Below are positions 17,931 to 26,776 of a DNA stretch of 64,000 nt, piece by piece. Position 1 is the stretch's first letter; the number at the start of each line of letters is the position of its first letter. The notes under the pieces are model-generated. The model had not been told where the DNA came from. It saw nothing but the letters and a program-made list of their open reading frames with translations, and searched no databases. The translations under genes and the position numbers were made by a program. Source of the stretch: an uncultured Pseudomonadota bacterium (lineage in GTDB: Bacteria; Babelota; Babeliae; Babelales; JAUPTZ01); assembly GCA_964429275.1 (NCBI GenBank), contig CAYSBJ010000001.1, forward strand, positions 389,776 to 453,775, written 5' to 3'.

Positions 17931-19058
17931 TTAGACGTTAAACCTGATATTGAGTACGTCACCGTCAACAACGATATACTCTTTGCCTTCAATTCTCATT
18001 TTACCAGCTGCTTTTAAGCCCGCTTCGGTTTTGTGTTCAAACAAGTCTTTGGCATTGTACACTTCTGCGCAAATGAACCCGCGTTCAAGGTCGGAGTGAA
18101 TAGTGCCAGCCGCTTGGGGTACTTTGGTATTCTGCATGATTGACCAAGCATGTGCTTCTTTTGGTCCGCAGGTAAAAAAGGTGATCAGGCCGAGGCGACT
18201 ATATGCGGCGCGAATAATCTCGGAGAGACCAGTGCAAGAAAATCCAAGGCTTTCCATCATTTCTTTTGCTTCAGCATCGTCCATTTGTGCAAGTTCAGAT
18301 TCAATCTTTGCGGAGACCGCAATTACGTTTTCTTTGCCGAATTGTTTAACGACTGCTTGATAATGCTTATTGTTTTGATAAGCGTTATCGATTAAGTCAT
18401 CTTCGCTTACGTTTGCGATGAAAAGAGCTTTTTTGCCGGAAAGAAGTGGAATGGTTGTTATGCCTTCTGCTGCGGCATTTGCGATTGCTGTTTGTACTCC
18501 GTGATAGTTGCAGGCATCGAGCAGTGGTTTAACTTCATTGAGGAGTGTTAATTCTTGGTCAAGTTCTTTTGCTTCTTGTGATGAGAGAGATTGTTTTCCT
18601 TTGCGTACTTGGTGTTCTACTTTTTGAATACGTTTCTCAACGGACTCTATATCTTTCAAGCAGAGTTCGGTTGCGATAGTTTCAAAGTCTCCGAGCGGAT
18701 CGACCGTGTTATTGACATGGGTTATGCTTTCATCGTCAAAGCAGCGTAATACATGCAGAATAAGGTCAACCCCCATGATGTTGCTGAGGAATTGATTGCC
18801 GAGCCCTTCTCCTTTGGCAGCTCCTTTCACCAAGCCAGCAATGTCAACAAACTGAACGGTGGTCGGGATAAGTTTTTGGGAGCCGAAAATGGCGGCAAGC
18901 TTTGATAGGCGTTCATCAGGGACTTGAGTTATGGCAAGGTGTGGGTCAACGGTACAGAACGGATAGTTTTGGGCCGGGATTGATGATTTAGTGAGTGCAT
19001 TGAAAAGGGTTGATTTGCCAACGTTTGGAAGTCCTACGAGTCCTGCTTGTATTGCCAT
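17931..19058 (-). CDS. ychF: Redox-regulated ATPase YchF
   Basis: GLVGLPNVGKSTLFNALT, NYPFCT, DIAGLVKGA..GEGLGNQFL, TGS domain. Confidence 0.97.
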   Translation of the reverse strand: MAIQAGLVGLPNVGKSTLFNALTKSSIPAQNYPFCTVDPHLAITQVPDERLSKLAAIFGSQKLIPTTVQFVDIAGLVKGAAKGEGLGNQFLSNIMGVDLILHVLRCFDDESITHVNNTVDPLGDFETIATELCLKDIESVEKRIQKVEHQVRKGKQSLSSQEAKELDQELTLLNEVKPLLDACNYHGVQTAIANAAAEGITTIPLLSGKKALFIANVSEDDLIDNAYQNNKHYQAVVKQFGKENVIAVSAKIESELAQMDDAEAKEMMESLGFSCTGLSEIIRAAYSRLGLITFFTCGPKEAHAWSIMQNTKVPQAAGTIHSDLERGFICAEVYNAKDLFEHKTEAGLKAAGKMRIEGKEYIVVDGDVLNIRFNV

Positions 19059-19188
19059 GAAAGTGCCTTACGAATTGAATGTTTTTAAGAATGGCGGCGA
19101 GTATACACAGAAACGCTGTTATTATCCACGCCGGGAGACTCTTGTTGTTATTTGTCGTGCTTTGGTATAGTTAAGCTTTGGGGGGGGT

Positions 19189-19929
19189 ATGAAAAAATCA
19201 AAGTTAACAAGTAGTCTGCTTATTGTAGCGCTTTTAGTGTCAACAGTTGAATGTATAACCGGTGTGCGAACAACAAAGCAAAAAGTGTATGCTGGTCTTG
19301 GCATTGGTATGGGCGCGCTGGGAGCGTATAATACCTATAAGCTCTGGAAAAATCACAAGAACCGGAAATTTTCTGCTTTGAGTCGATCGCAGAGGCTGAT
19401 TGAGCTTATGAAGACACTGGGGTTGCTCTCGAGCGGTGGATTAGTAACTTATTTGGCGTTGCGTCAGCCTGGTGCGGCAGGGATTATGGTTGCTCCTGGG
19501 ACTTCGCAATCATCGGCGCTAAGTGGTGGTGTGCAGTCAAAGGCAAAAGAGCAGGCGTTTGAGCAACTTACTCCTGGCTTTGACCTTAATACTGGACATC
19601 GTGAGAAAAAAGAAGGACTTGTCCGTGGTTTTTTAGCCCCTGTTGAAGGGCGCTTTGCAAGTCTAGAATCGTATGGGTATTTTCTTGCGCTTGCGAGTGG
19701 ACGAATGCACGGTTTAGATAATCGGGATTATTTTGCTGAGCCAACGCTTCGGCATCTTCAAGCAGTAGTCGAAGACAAGATTAATAATCGCGTTCCTGAA
19801 GCTGCTTCGCTGGATACTCTGGGTAGGGAGGTGGCAAAGAAGTTTTGTGAACGCTACGACAAGAGTTCATATCCTCAGCTTAAGAAGTTATCCAATCAGT
19901 TTAAGACAGCTTTTGCCTTAAAAAACTAA
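19189..19929 (+). CDS. Hypothetical exported/membrane protein
   Basis: 246 aa; signal-like N-terminus and two Gly-rich hydrophobic segments; GGGGG RBS. Confidence 0.75.
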   Translation: MKKSKLTSSLLIVALLVSTVECITGVRTTKQKVYAGLGIGMGALGAYNTYKLWKNHKNRKFSALSRSQRLIELMKTLGLLSSGGLVTYLALRQPGAAGIMVAPGTSQSSALSGGVQSKAKEQAFEQLTPGFDLNTGHREKKEGLVRGFLAPVEGRFASLESYGYFLALASGRMHGLDNRDYFAEPTLRHLQAVVEDKINNRVPEAASLDTLGREVAKKFCERYDKSSYPQLKKLSNQFKTAFALKN

Positions 19930-19948
19930 TCCTTCCTTTATATGTAAC

Positions 19949-19977
19949 AGAGCCGGCAAAAAGCCGGCTCTTCTTTC
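19949..19977 (+). terminator. Rho-independent terminator
   Basis: agagccggc-aaaaa-gccggctct followed by tctttc. Confidence 0.65.
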
Positions 19978-20065
19978 TGATTAATAGATGATTTTATTGA
20001 CAGATCGTTTGGTTGGCGTCGTAGAGTGTGCTCCTTGCCGCTTATTTGGCACGTGTGGAGTGTTT

Positions 20066-20914
20066 ATGAAAAACAAGTGTTTTTTTGTCTTTATAGCGGT
20101 GATGACTTTTGGCATCACGAATGATTCTTTTACTGCGGGGGCGCAGGGGCATTCGGCGCTGGAGGCTAGCAATGGTATGGATGCTAGAGTCGCGCCTCAA
20201 ATGTCTTTTAGGGAGAAATCAATTCTCACTAATATAATGAATATTAAAGACACTGATGAATGGCTTCATCAGAATTTCTGGGGTGGAAAGGCATTGTGGG
20301 CAGGCCTCAGTGCAGCGGGACTGGCTACGGCGTGTGTGTTTTTAATAAAAAAAATTATTGCGTGCAACAAAGAAGACGAAGTCCTTCGTAAGCGGCTTGA
20401 CGCTCGACTTAACCCAGGAGAAAGAGGTCAGATAGAAGCACGACGAAATTACCTTGACGGTGTGGTAGGGCAGTGTCGGCTGACTATTGCTATGATTGTT
20501 ATCGTTGGTGGATTGATTGTCGGCGGATTTTCTTTTGGTGCATGGATTGATGCGGATAAAGATGCCTGTCTCAAGGCAGCCTGCTTTAGATATCAGCTGG
20601 CGGTCAAGGCTCAAGAAGAGTTTGCCCTTCGCAAGCCGCCTGCTCAAGTCGTGCAGGGCGACTCTTCAAGTTCTGCCGAAGTATCGGCTAATTTTACCGA
20701 ACAGAATCGTGCATATCAGCTCGAAAAGCACAAGATTGAATGGCGAAAATCGTGTGCAACTGATTCTGTATCTTCAAATGATTATAGGCGTTATTTAAAG
20801 TGGCGTTATAACAAAGAGAATGCCGCGAAAAGTCTTCTTGGTAAGATTTGGTCTCTTATTTGTCCGTTCCATGGAGCGGCGCCGGACGATTTTTATGGAT
20901 CGAAATCTGTTTAA
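20066..20914 (+). CDS. Hypothetical exported/membrane protein
   Basis: GGAG RBS before ATG 20066; signal peptide; two TM segments separated by a charged linker. Confidence 0.75.
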   Translation: MKNKCFFVFIAVMTFGITNDSFTAGAQGHSALEASNGMDARVAPQMSFREKSILTNIMNIKDTDEWLHQNFWGGKALWAGLSAAGLATACVFLIKKIIACNKEDEVLRKRLDARLNPGERGQIEARRNYLDGVVGQCRLTIAMIVIVGGLIVGGFSFGAWIDADKDACLKAACFRYQLAVKAQEEFALRKPPAQVVQGDSSSSAEVSANFTEQNRAYQLEKHKIEWRKSCATDSVSSNDYRRYLKWRYNKENAAKSLLGKIWSLICPFHGAAPDDFYGSKSV

Positions 20915-21033
20915 TTGATCCTGATTTTATGCTGCAGGTTGACTGACTAATCACTGAAATTCACTTTCTTGTGTATCCCTATATACTATGGCCGATTGAT
21001 GGGTAATAGTTGCTGTGATGGTGGAGATTGTGA

Positions 21034-22509
21034 GTGGAAAAGATGGTATCAGTATTTTTTAAGACCTATGGTTGCCAGGCAAACGTTGCCGATTCAGCAG
21101 GAATTGCTTCGTTTTTGGACGGGCTCGGGTGTGTCCAGGTGGAGAGTGAGTGTGCTGCCGATTTGATTATCATTAATACCTGCGCGATACGGGAAAAAGC
21201 TGAGCAAAAACTCTATTCCTACCTGGGTGAATTAACTGATTTTAAGCAAAAGTTGCCGTACCTCAAGATTGGCATTATTGGCTGTGTGGCCAGTTACCGC
21301 AAAGAGGAGATGCTCAAACGGTTTGACTATATTTCTTTTGTCTCTGGCGCGCGAGATGAGCGGACCACTTTTTTGACCTATCTTGCTGACGTGATCGTGC
21401 AGCTACAAACAGAAAAGCAGTTATTTTCTCGTAATTTTGATCGAACTAGAGATGTTGTCTTAACCCAGCCTTCTGTATTGGGACGTGATGTAAAGTTGGC
21501 CATGAGCAGGCGAAGCCTGGTTCTCCCTGCCCGAGTGCAGAAAGAAGGAGCACAGGCTGCAATGGGTGGGACGCTGGCACCCGAAGGTGAAATTAAGCGA
21601 GCCTTTATTAACATTACTACCGGTTGTAATAACTACTGTACCTTCTGTATCGTTCCTTTTACTCGGGGGCGAGAGGCCAGTTATCCGCTTGAAGATATTG
21701 TTATGCGCGTTTCGCATGAAGTAGCTGGAGGGGCTAAAGAAATTACTCTTATTGGGCAGAATGTGAATTCGTATACATGTCCGCAGACGGCAGTTCGGTT
21801 TGCTGCGTTGCTTGAAGCAGTTGCCCTCATTCCTGGTTCTTTTTGGGTTCGCTATGTAAGTCCGCATCCCAAAGATATGACTCGCGATGTACTTGAGGTT
21901 ATGGCAAAATACCCGGATAAATTGTGTGCCTGGTGTCACTTTCCGCTGCAATCGGGATCGTCACGCATTCTTGAGTTGATGAACCGAACCTACACAAAGG
22001 AAGAATACCTGGCGCAAGTTGACTTGATTCGAGCTATTGTGCCAAACGTTGCCTTATCGACTGATATAATTGTTGGCTTTCCTGGTGAGACTCACGAAGA
22101 ATTTTTAGAAACTCGTGAGGTAGCACAGCATGTTGGTTTTGATATGGCCTATTCATTTGTTTACTCGCGGCGTAAGTATACAAAGGCTTTTTCGATGGGA
22201 GATACCTGTTCTCCAGAAGAGAAAATGGCCCGGCTTGCCGATCTCCAAGAAGTGCTTCGTGCCGGCAGTCTTGCAGCGGCGCAGCGGTATGTTGGGAAGA
22301 ATCTGCGGGTCTTGGTTGAAAAACGTGCCACAAATGGTAAACTGCTTGCTCGTTCTTCAGGAAATCATCGTGTAGTCTTCGATGGCGACGATTCATTAGT
22401 AGGGACTTTTATAGAAGTTTGCATTACTGAAGCGGGGCAATCGGAGTTGCGTGGCGAAATAATCGCGACGGCGACGGTGATCTCCAAAGAACATGGAAGG
22501 GCGGCATAG
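21034..22509 (+). CDS. miaB: tRNA-2-methylthio-N6-dimethylallyladenosine synthase MiaB
   Basis: TYGCQAN..DS, NTCAIREKAEQK, GCVA; radical SAM CNNYCTFC; STDIIVGFPGET; C-terminal TRAM domain. Confidence 0.92.
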   Translation: MEKMVSVFFKTYGCQANVADSAGIASFLDGLGCVQVESECAADLIIINTCAIREKAEQKLYSYLGELTDFKQKLPYLKIGIIGCVASYRKEEMLKRFDYISFVSGARDERTTFLTYLADVIVQLQTEKQLFSRNFDRTRDVVLTQPSVLGRDVKLAMSRRSLVLPARVQKEGAQAAMGGTLAPEGEIKRAFINITTGCNNYCTFCIVPFTRGREASYPLEDIVMRVSHEVAGGAKEITLIGQNVNSYTCPQTAVRFAALLEAVALIPGSFWVRYVSPHPKDMTRDVLEVMAKYPDKLCAWCHFPLQSGSSRILELMNRTYTKEEYLAQVDLIRAIVPNVALSTDIIVGFPGETHEEFLETREVAQHVGFDMAYSFVYSRRKYTKAFSMGDTCSPEEKMARLADLQEVLRAGSLAAAQRYVGKNLRVLVEKRATNGKLLARSSGNHRVVFDGDDSLVGTFIEVCITEAGQSELRGEIIATATVISKEHGRAA

Positions 22510-22573
22510 CCAAGTGGTAAGGCAGTGGTCTGCAAAACCTTGACCCCCGGTTCGAATCCGGGTGCCGCCTCCA
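22500..22573 (+). tRNA. tRNA-Cys (GCA)
   Basis: GGCGGCA/TGCCGCC acceptor stem, anticodon loop CTGCAAA, GGTTCGAATCC, encoded CCA. Confidence 0.95.
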
Positions 22574-22795
22574 TTCTACGCTTTTGCAACTACAAAATAC
22601 GTTGCAAAAAAGCTCCGGTTAGTAAGCCATCCTTCTTAAAGGCCTGACTGATGGAATTAAGCGTAGGATGTCCGCTATAGTCCGCCTGAGCACCCCTGGT
22701 GCGGTGGCGAGACGTAAGTGGACTGGCGTAGGAACCAATCGATCTCTGAAAATTTCTTACTTGTTACGACGCACAAGCGTCGTAACTTCTTTTGT

Positions 22796-22881
22796 GCCGG
22801 GATGGCGAAATGGTAGACGCAAAGGACTTAAAATCCTTCGGACGTATGTCTGTGTCGGTTCGAGTCCGACTCTCGGCACCA
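22796..22881 (+). tRNA. tRNA-Leu (TAA)
   Basis: GCCGGGA/TCTCGGC acceptor stem, loop CTTAAAA, long variable arm, GGTTCGAGTCC, CCA. Confidence 0.95.
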
Positions 22882-23010
22882 GTCTTCGCGTGTAGTGTGA
22901 TCAGCCGCACCGCTACGACTGGCTGCGCCGGCGTACAAAGCACGCTGCTTCTAAAGCGAAGACTGTCTCGCGAAGCTGCACAGCCAAGTGAGTCAACGCG
23001 AAGGCAGGCC
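22880..23010. repeat. REP-like palindromic element directly after tRNA-Leu
   Basis: cagtcttcgc (22880-22889) pairs with gcgaagactg (22956-22965), enclosing gcgtg/cacgc and cagcc/ggctg; further cgcgaag motifs follow. Confidence 0.5.
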
Positions 23011-23337
23011 TTTTTAAATTTAGCGCTCCCCATTTTTTTAATTGTCCATAATGGGGGCTATTTGTGTATTTTATGTTTATATGTTGCGTTCTGTTCATTT
23101 TTCCACAAAGGCCTAATTGGGTAGGGCATCTGTTTACAAACGTTTGCTGCAGGCATTTAAATGGGTTTGCTGCTGTTGGGCGCGGGCCACAGGCTCTGCG
23201 AGGCAAATTTTTAGACTGTTGACAAAGTTGTCCCAAATCTTGATGCTCATAGCGCTTCTTATCTGTGCGTTGTCTTTTGTGTTTGTATTGGTGAGATAAT
23301 AATCAATGCATTAGTCTTAACTGACTAAGGAGATAGT

Positions 23338-23610
23338 ATGAACAAAGCTATGCTCATTGAGCAAATGGCAAAAGACACAAAGTTGCCTAAGACCGCGTGT
23401 AAAAATGTCCTGGAATCTTTTATTAAGACGGTTGAACAATCGCTTAAAAAAGGAAAACAAGTCGTTCTAACCGGATTTGGAACTTTTTGTGTAATGAAGC
23501 GTAAAGCACGTACGGGTATTAACCCAGCGACCGGCAAGAAAATGCAAATCTCTGCAAAGAGAGTTCCAAAATTTCGCGCAGGCAAAAAGCTGAAAGATAT
23601 CGTTAGCTAA
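23338..23610 (+). CDS. hup: DNA-binding protein HU
   Basis: MNKA.LI, GFGTF, RKARTGINPATG, PKFRAGKKLKD. Confidence 0.96.
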   Translation: MNKAMLIEQMAKDTKLPKTACKNVLESFIKTVEQSLKKGKQVVLTGFGTFCVMKRKARTGINPATGKKMQISAKRVPKFRAGKKLKDIVS

Positions 23611-23632
23611 GCGTTTTTTTGCAATTAAATTG

Positions 23633-23671
23633 GAAGGCCGTCCGCAGAAGTGCGAGCGGTCTTCTTTTTTT
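23633..23671 (+). terminator. Rho-independent terminator after HU
   Basis: gaaggccgtccgca-gaag-tgcgagcggtcttc followed by a T7 tract. Confidence 0.7.
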
Positions 23672-23803
23672 GCTATGACAGCTTAGTCGGTGTTTAAGAA
23701 TCTAGACGCTTTGGAAAAGCTTTGCGAATAGTTAGGGGCCTTGAGTTAAAAGTACTTTGTTGGCATACTTACGCGCCCACCAATACATTAACAACGAGGT
23801 AAA

Positions 23804-24319
23804 ATGAAGTTTTTGAGATTGTTTTTTGTGATAGCGGTTGGTGGGTTCATTTGTGGTCTTTCGGCCTCGGATTGGAAGAATCGAGATTCGGCGTCGGCCC
23901 CCATCTCGTTTAATCGCAAAACCTCGCCCGAGTATCTTTTGCCGCTTCTGTACGAAGACTTGTGTAGTGACCAGACGAAGAGAGATGGGCTTTTATACCT
24001 TAATCGATTTTGGCAAGAGGCAATGCTGAGTTCTGCTGTTTCGCGGAGCCCGAGCATTCGTCTTGCTGTAGAGACATTTCTCCACGAGTCGCTTTCGCTT
24101 GATGCGTCAAAAGATGAGTTGTATTTTTCCTTCTATAACCTTCTCTGTCATGTCCATATCACCAAGGACATTTTAAGGAACCACTGTGGAGTGTCGAGTG
24201 CCGTCATGGATGCTAGTATTTCTAGAGAGATAGCCCTTTGCGTAGAGAAAGGGTATCTGACCATCGAGGCAGCGGAATGCATCCGCTGCGAAGTTGAGCG
24301 GATTATTGGCAATCTTTAA
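23804..24319 (+). CDS. Hypothetical secreted protein
   Basis: 171 aa; signal MKFLRLFFVIAVGGFICGLSA; GAGG RBS. Confidence 0.75.
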   Translation: MKFLRLFFVIAVGGFICGLSASDWKNRDSASAPISFNRKTSPEYLLPLLYEDLCSDQTKRDGLLYLNRFWQEAMLSSAVSRSPSIRLAVETFLHESLSLDASKDELYFSFYNLLCHVHITKDILRNHCGVSSAVMDASISREIALCVEKGYLTIEAAECIRCEVERIIGNL

Positions 24320-24352
24320 GCGGACGCTAGAAGAGAAACGTGTGTAAACAAT

Positions 24353-24412
24353 TCTACAATCCCAACTGTTTTTCCAGTGATGATGCATGGGAAGTTTCAA
24401 TACGTTGGAGCA
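24353..24412. repeat. 60-bp direct repeat, copy 1 (duplicated 3' end of the HAS-barrel gene)
   Basis: tctacaatcccaactgtttttccagtgatgatgcatgggaagtttcaatacgttggagca, identical to 25330-25389. Confidence 0.95.
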
Positions 24413-24570
24413 GTACTTTCAGGCGATGGTAATTAGCAAGGATTTGTATTGAACTCAACATCATGCCAAAGGAGGCGAAAAAGTTTTTGCGGAAGTAATG
24501 ATCGTTGACTAGGCGGTGCTTTATTGCCATGCTAGCGCAACCCCATAATTATTAATAACGAGGTGTATGT

Positions 24571-25236
24571 ATGAGTTTTTTACGATGTTTTTTTGCAATA
24601 GCAGTTGTCGGATTTGTTCCGTATGGTGTTGCTAGTGATTTGGTAGTTTGCTTAGGTTTTGAAGAGGTGCTGCCTTTGACGATGGCTGAGCCGTTAGAGG
24701 ACTTTCTTGAGCCTTACTCTTCCCAGTGCAGGTATTTTTATTCCGGAGAGGGCATGTCTTCTCCGGAAGCAGGAATGCCTGATTTACGAGATTTATTAAA
24801 GGAATCACGTCGAGTTACTTTGCAAAACCTATGGCAAGCCTTTCAACCGTGTGATATGAGAGATCCGATAGGGCTAAATCCTATTAAGGAAAGAGAATTT
24901 AAAGAGCGAATGGGGAAGGAATTTTCTGATATTGCCCCTAAAGTTCTGGATGCTGTTACCCTGCTGGTGGGGGCGGCACATAGTCTTAAAGATATTGCTC
25001 TGAGCGGCCGCGGGATCGGTGCTTTGACTGATCAAAGCATTCCAGCTGATATCAAGGGATCAATTCAACGTAAGTTTGAGGGTCTGAGCCAGGCGTATTA
25101 TTGTTTGCGAAACGAGATATGGCTACTTAAGAAAAAGGGTTTTTTGACTGAGCGTTTTTTTTGTACGTTGAATGAGGAGCTTTTTAGCATTTGTAATGAC
25201 TTTGTCCAGTTGCCGTTTAATATTGGGCTCCATTGA
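24571..25236 (+). CDS. Hypothetical secreted protein (signal peptide paralogous to the 23804 ORF)
   Basis: 221 aa; MSFLRCFFAIAVVGFVPYGVASD; GAGG RBS. Confidence 0.75.
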   Translation: MSFLRCFFAIAVVGFVPYGVASDLVVCLGFEEVLPLTMAEPLEDFLEPYSSQCRYFYSGEGMSSPEAGMPDLRDLLKESRRVTLQNLWQAFQPCDMRDPIGLNPIKEREFKERMGKEFSDIAPKVLDAVTLLVGAAHSLKDIALSGRGIGALTDQSIPADIKGSIQRKFEGLSQAYYCLRNEIWLLKKKGFLTERFFCTLNEELFSICNDFVQLPFNIGLH

Positions 25237-25329
25237 TATCTTCTGATTCTTCTGTGGAGTTTGCTTTTTGTGGTTGGTTGCGATTTTTTTGCAACCAACC
25301 ATATTTTTTATAAAGTCTTTGCGTGCGAA

Positions 25330-25389
25330 TCTACAATCCCAACTGTTTTTCCAGTGATGATGCATGGGAAGTTTCAATACGTTGGAGCA
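25330..25389. repeat. 60-bp direct repeat, copy 2 (real 3' end of the HAS-barrel gene)
   Basis: Identical to 24353-24412. Confidence 0.95.
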
Positions 25390-25975
25390 CTATTTTAAGC
25401 CGACGATAGTCGTTGCCCAGGAGTAAGGTGAGTGTGTGGTAATACTGCTCGAAAAGTGTCGGGTTCAGCATGTCATCGCGCATGAGTCGATTGAGGATCC
25501 TGATAAGCAGTTCATCAAGGAGTGGGTTGCCGGCATTGTTACTGAACAATACTGCCAAGAAGTGCGATGCGGAGAAAAAAAGCGCATACTCCGCATCGGT
25601 TGCCGGGCGGATAAATGCATGAATAGAAGCTGGAGAGGGTGCGAGGGAGTGAGAAATCACTCCTTCATTGATTTTGTACCCGACAATGGAAACGGTAAAG
25701 ACAGTGCGTAAAAATTCAAAAACCTGTGGATGTTGTGAGCGCAGCTCGATTTCAGTCTTTTGATACGGAAATGGGGTGCGTTGCGGGTCTGAAGAACCAG
25801 TTTCTACATTTGCCACAATCCCAAACAAGGTCATATTTTTATGTGTTACGCAGACCAGTGAGCCGAAGTCTGGCGTGTTATCCCAGGACCAACATTGGCC
25901 GGTGTAGCCGGTGAGCGAGCTGCTAATAACTTCGGCAAAAGCCGGAAAATGAGGTGATTTTTCTATGCTTTTCAT
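25331..25975 (-). CDS. Stand-alone HAS-barrel domain protein (HerA/NurA-associated type)
   Basis: AEVISSS, PDFGSLV, FGIVANVETGS.DP.R.P, HPQVFEFLRT.F...IVGY and C-terminal DYRRLKIVL, typical of HAS-barrel-only proteins. Confidence 0.7.
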   Translation of the reverse strand: MKSIEKSPHFPAFAEVISSSLTGYTGQCWSWDNTPDFGSLVCVTHKNMTLFGIVANVETGSSDPQRTPFPYQKTEIELRSQHPQVFEFLRTVFTVSIVGYKINEGVISHSLAPSPASIHAFIRPATDAEYALFFSASHFLAVLFSNNAGNPLLDELLIRILNRLMRDDMLNPTLFEQYYHTLTLLLGNDYRRLKIVLQRIETSHASSLEKQLGL

Positions 25976-26631
25976 ACGTTCTTCTTTTCTTTTGGTGTGC
26001 GAATGGTGGTAACGAACTGAGTGCGATGGATAAGGGTTGCTGATTTGCTTTTGAGTGCTGCGCAGTGAGTTGGGCTTGCATATGCTTTGTCTTTATTAAA
26101 TTGATAGGAGGGGAAAAAGGGGTGCATGGTGGCCATTAACCGGTCGCGGGTGACTTTGGCAATGATTGAGGCGGCGGCAATAGAGCGGGAGTAATCTTCC
26201 CCTTTTATGAATGATGCAATGGGCGGGTGGGCAAAGCCGGTCGGCAGCGTCAGCGGCATGGCGTCTACAGTGATGTAGCCGACTTGGCCAAAAAGAGCAG
26301 GCTGACTGCTTGCCAGCATCAAGGTTGCCTTGCGCATGGCGTACAAAGTTGCTTGGTAAATATTGTGTGTCGCGATGTGCGCATGGTCAGCGCGCGCAAT
26401 CGCATAGGCGGCGTGCTCGATAAGCCACTCGAAAGCTTTATCGCGTGCTTTGGGCGTCATTTTTTTTGAATCGCGAAATTCTATGGGGCAATGAGCCGGT
26501 AAAATCGTTGCTGCAGCAACTAATGGGCCTGCAAGGCAGCCGCGGCCGACTTCGTCAATTCCGCAGACTAGCTGGCCTTTTTGCCAGGCTAAGACTTCAT
26601 AATAATCAGGGTATGCTGGTGTTTTTGACAT
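25972..26631 (-). CDS. rnhB: Ribonuclease HII
   Basis: GIDEVGRGCLAGP, DSKK, VDA, SIAAASIIAKVTRDRLM; start moved to ATG 26631. Confidence 0.95.
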   Translation of the reverse strand: MSKTPAYPDYYEVLAWQKGQLVCGIDEVGRGCLAGPLVAAATILPAHCPIEFRDSKKMTPKARDKAFEWLIEHAAYAIARADHAHIATHNIYQATLYAMRKATLMLASSQPALFGQVGYITVDAMPLTLPTGFAHPPIASFIKGEDYSRSIAAASIIAKVTRDRLMATMHPFFPSYQFNKDKAYASPTHCAALKSKSATLIHRTQFVTTIRTPKEKKNV

Positions 26632-26776
26632 TTTTCTACAATTTTTCGCTACTTGCGCTATACTCTTCGCTCGTTCTACTGGGGGAGCATAGAACAAAAG
26701 TTGATAAATGAACATATGCACGATACCTGTTCCGTACAGAATCATGCCTGGTAATTAGTTTAGTAAGGAGAAAAAA

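Noticed and set aside
22668..23299. Several short ORFs overlapping tRNA-Leu and the hup upstream region
   Set aside because: They overlap a tRNA and palindromic or promoter DNA and show no protein-like features
24173..25377. Two short ORFs both starting MKLPMHHHWKNSWDCR
   Set aside because: Alternative-frame readings of the 60-bp repeat; the real frame is the HAS-barrel C-terminus
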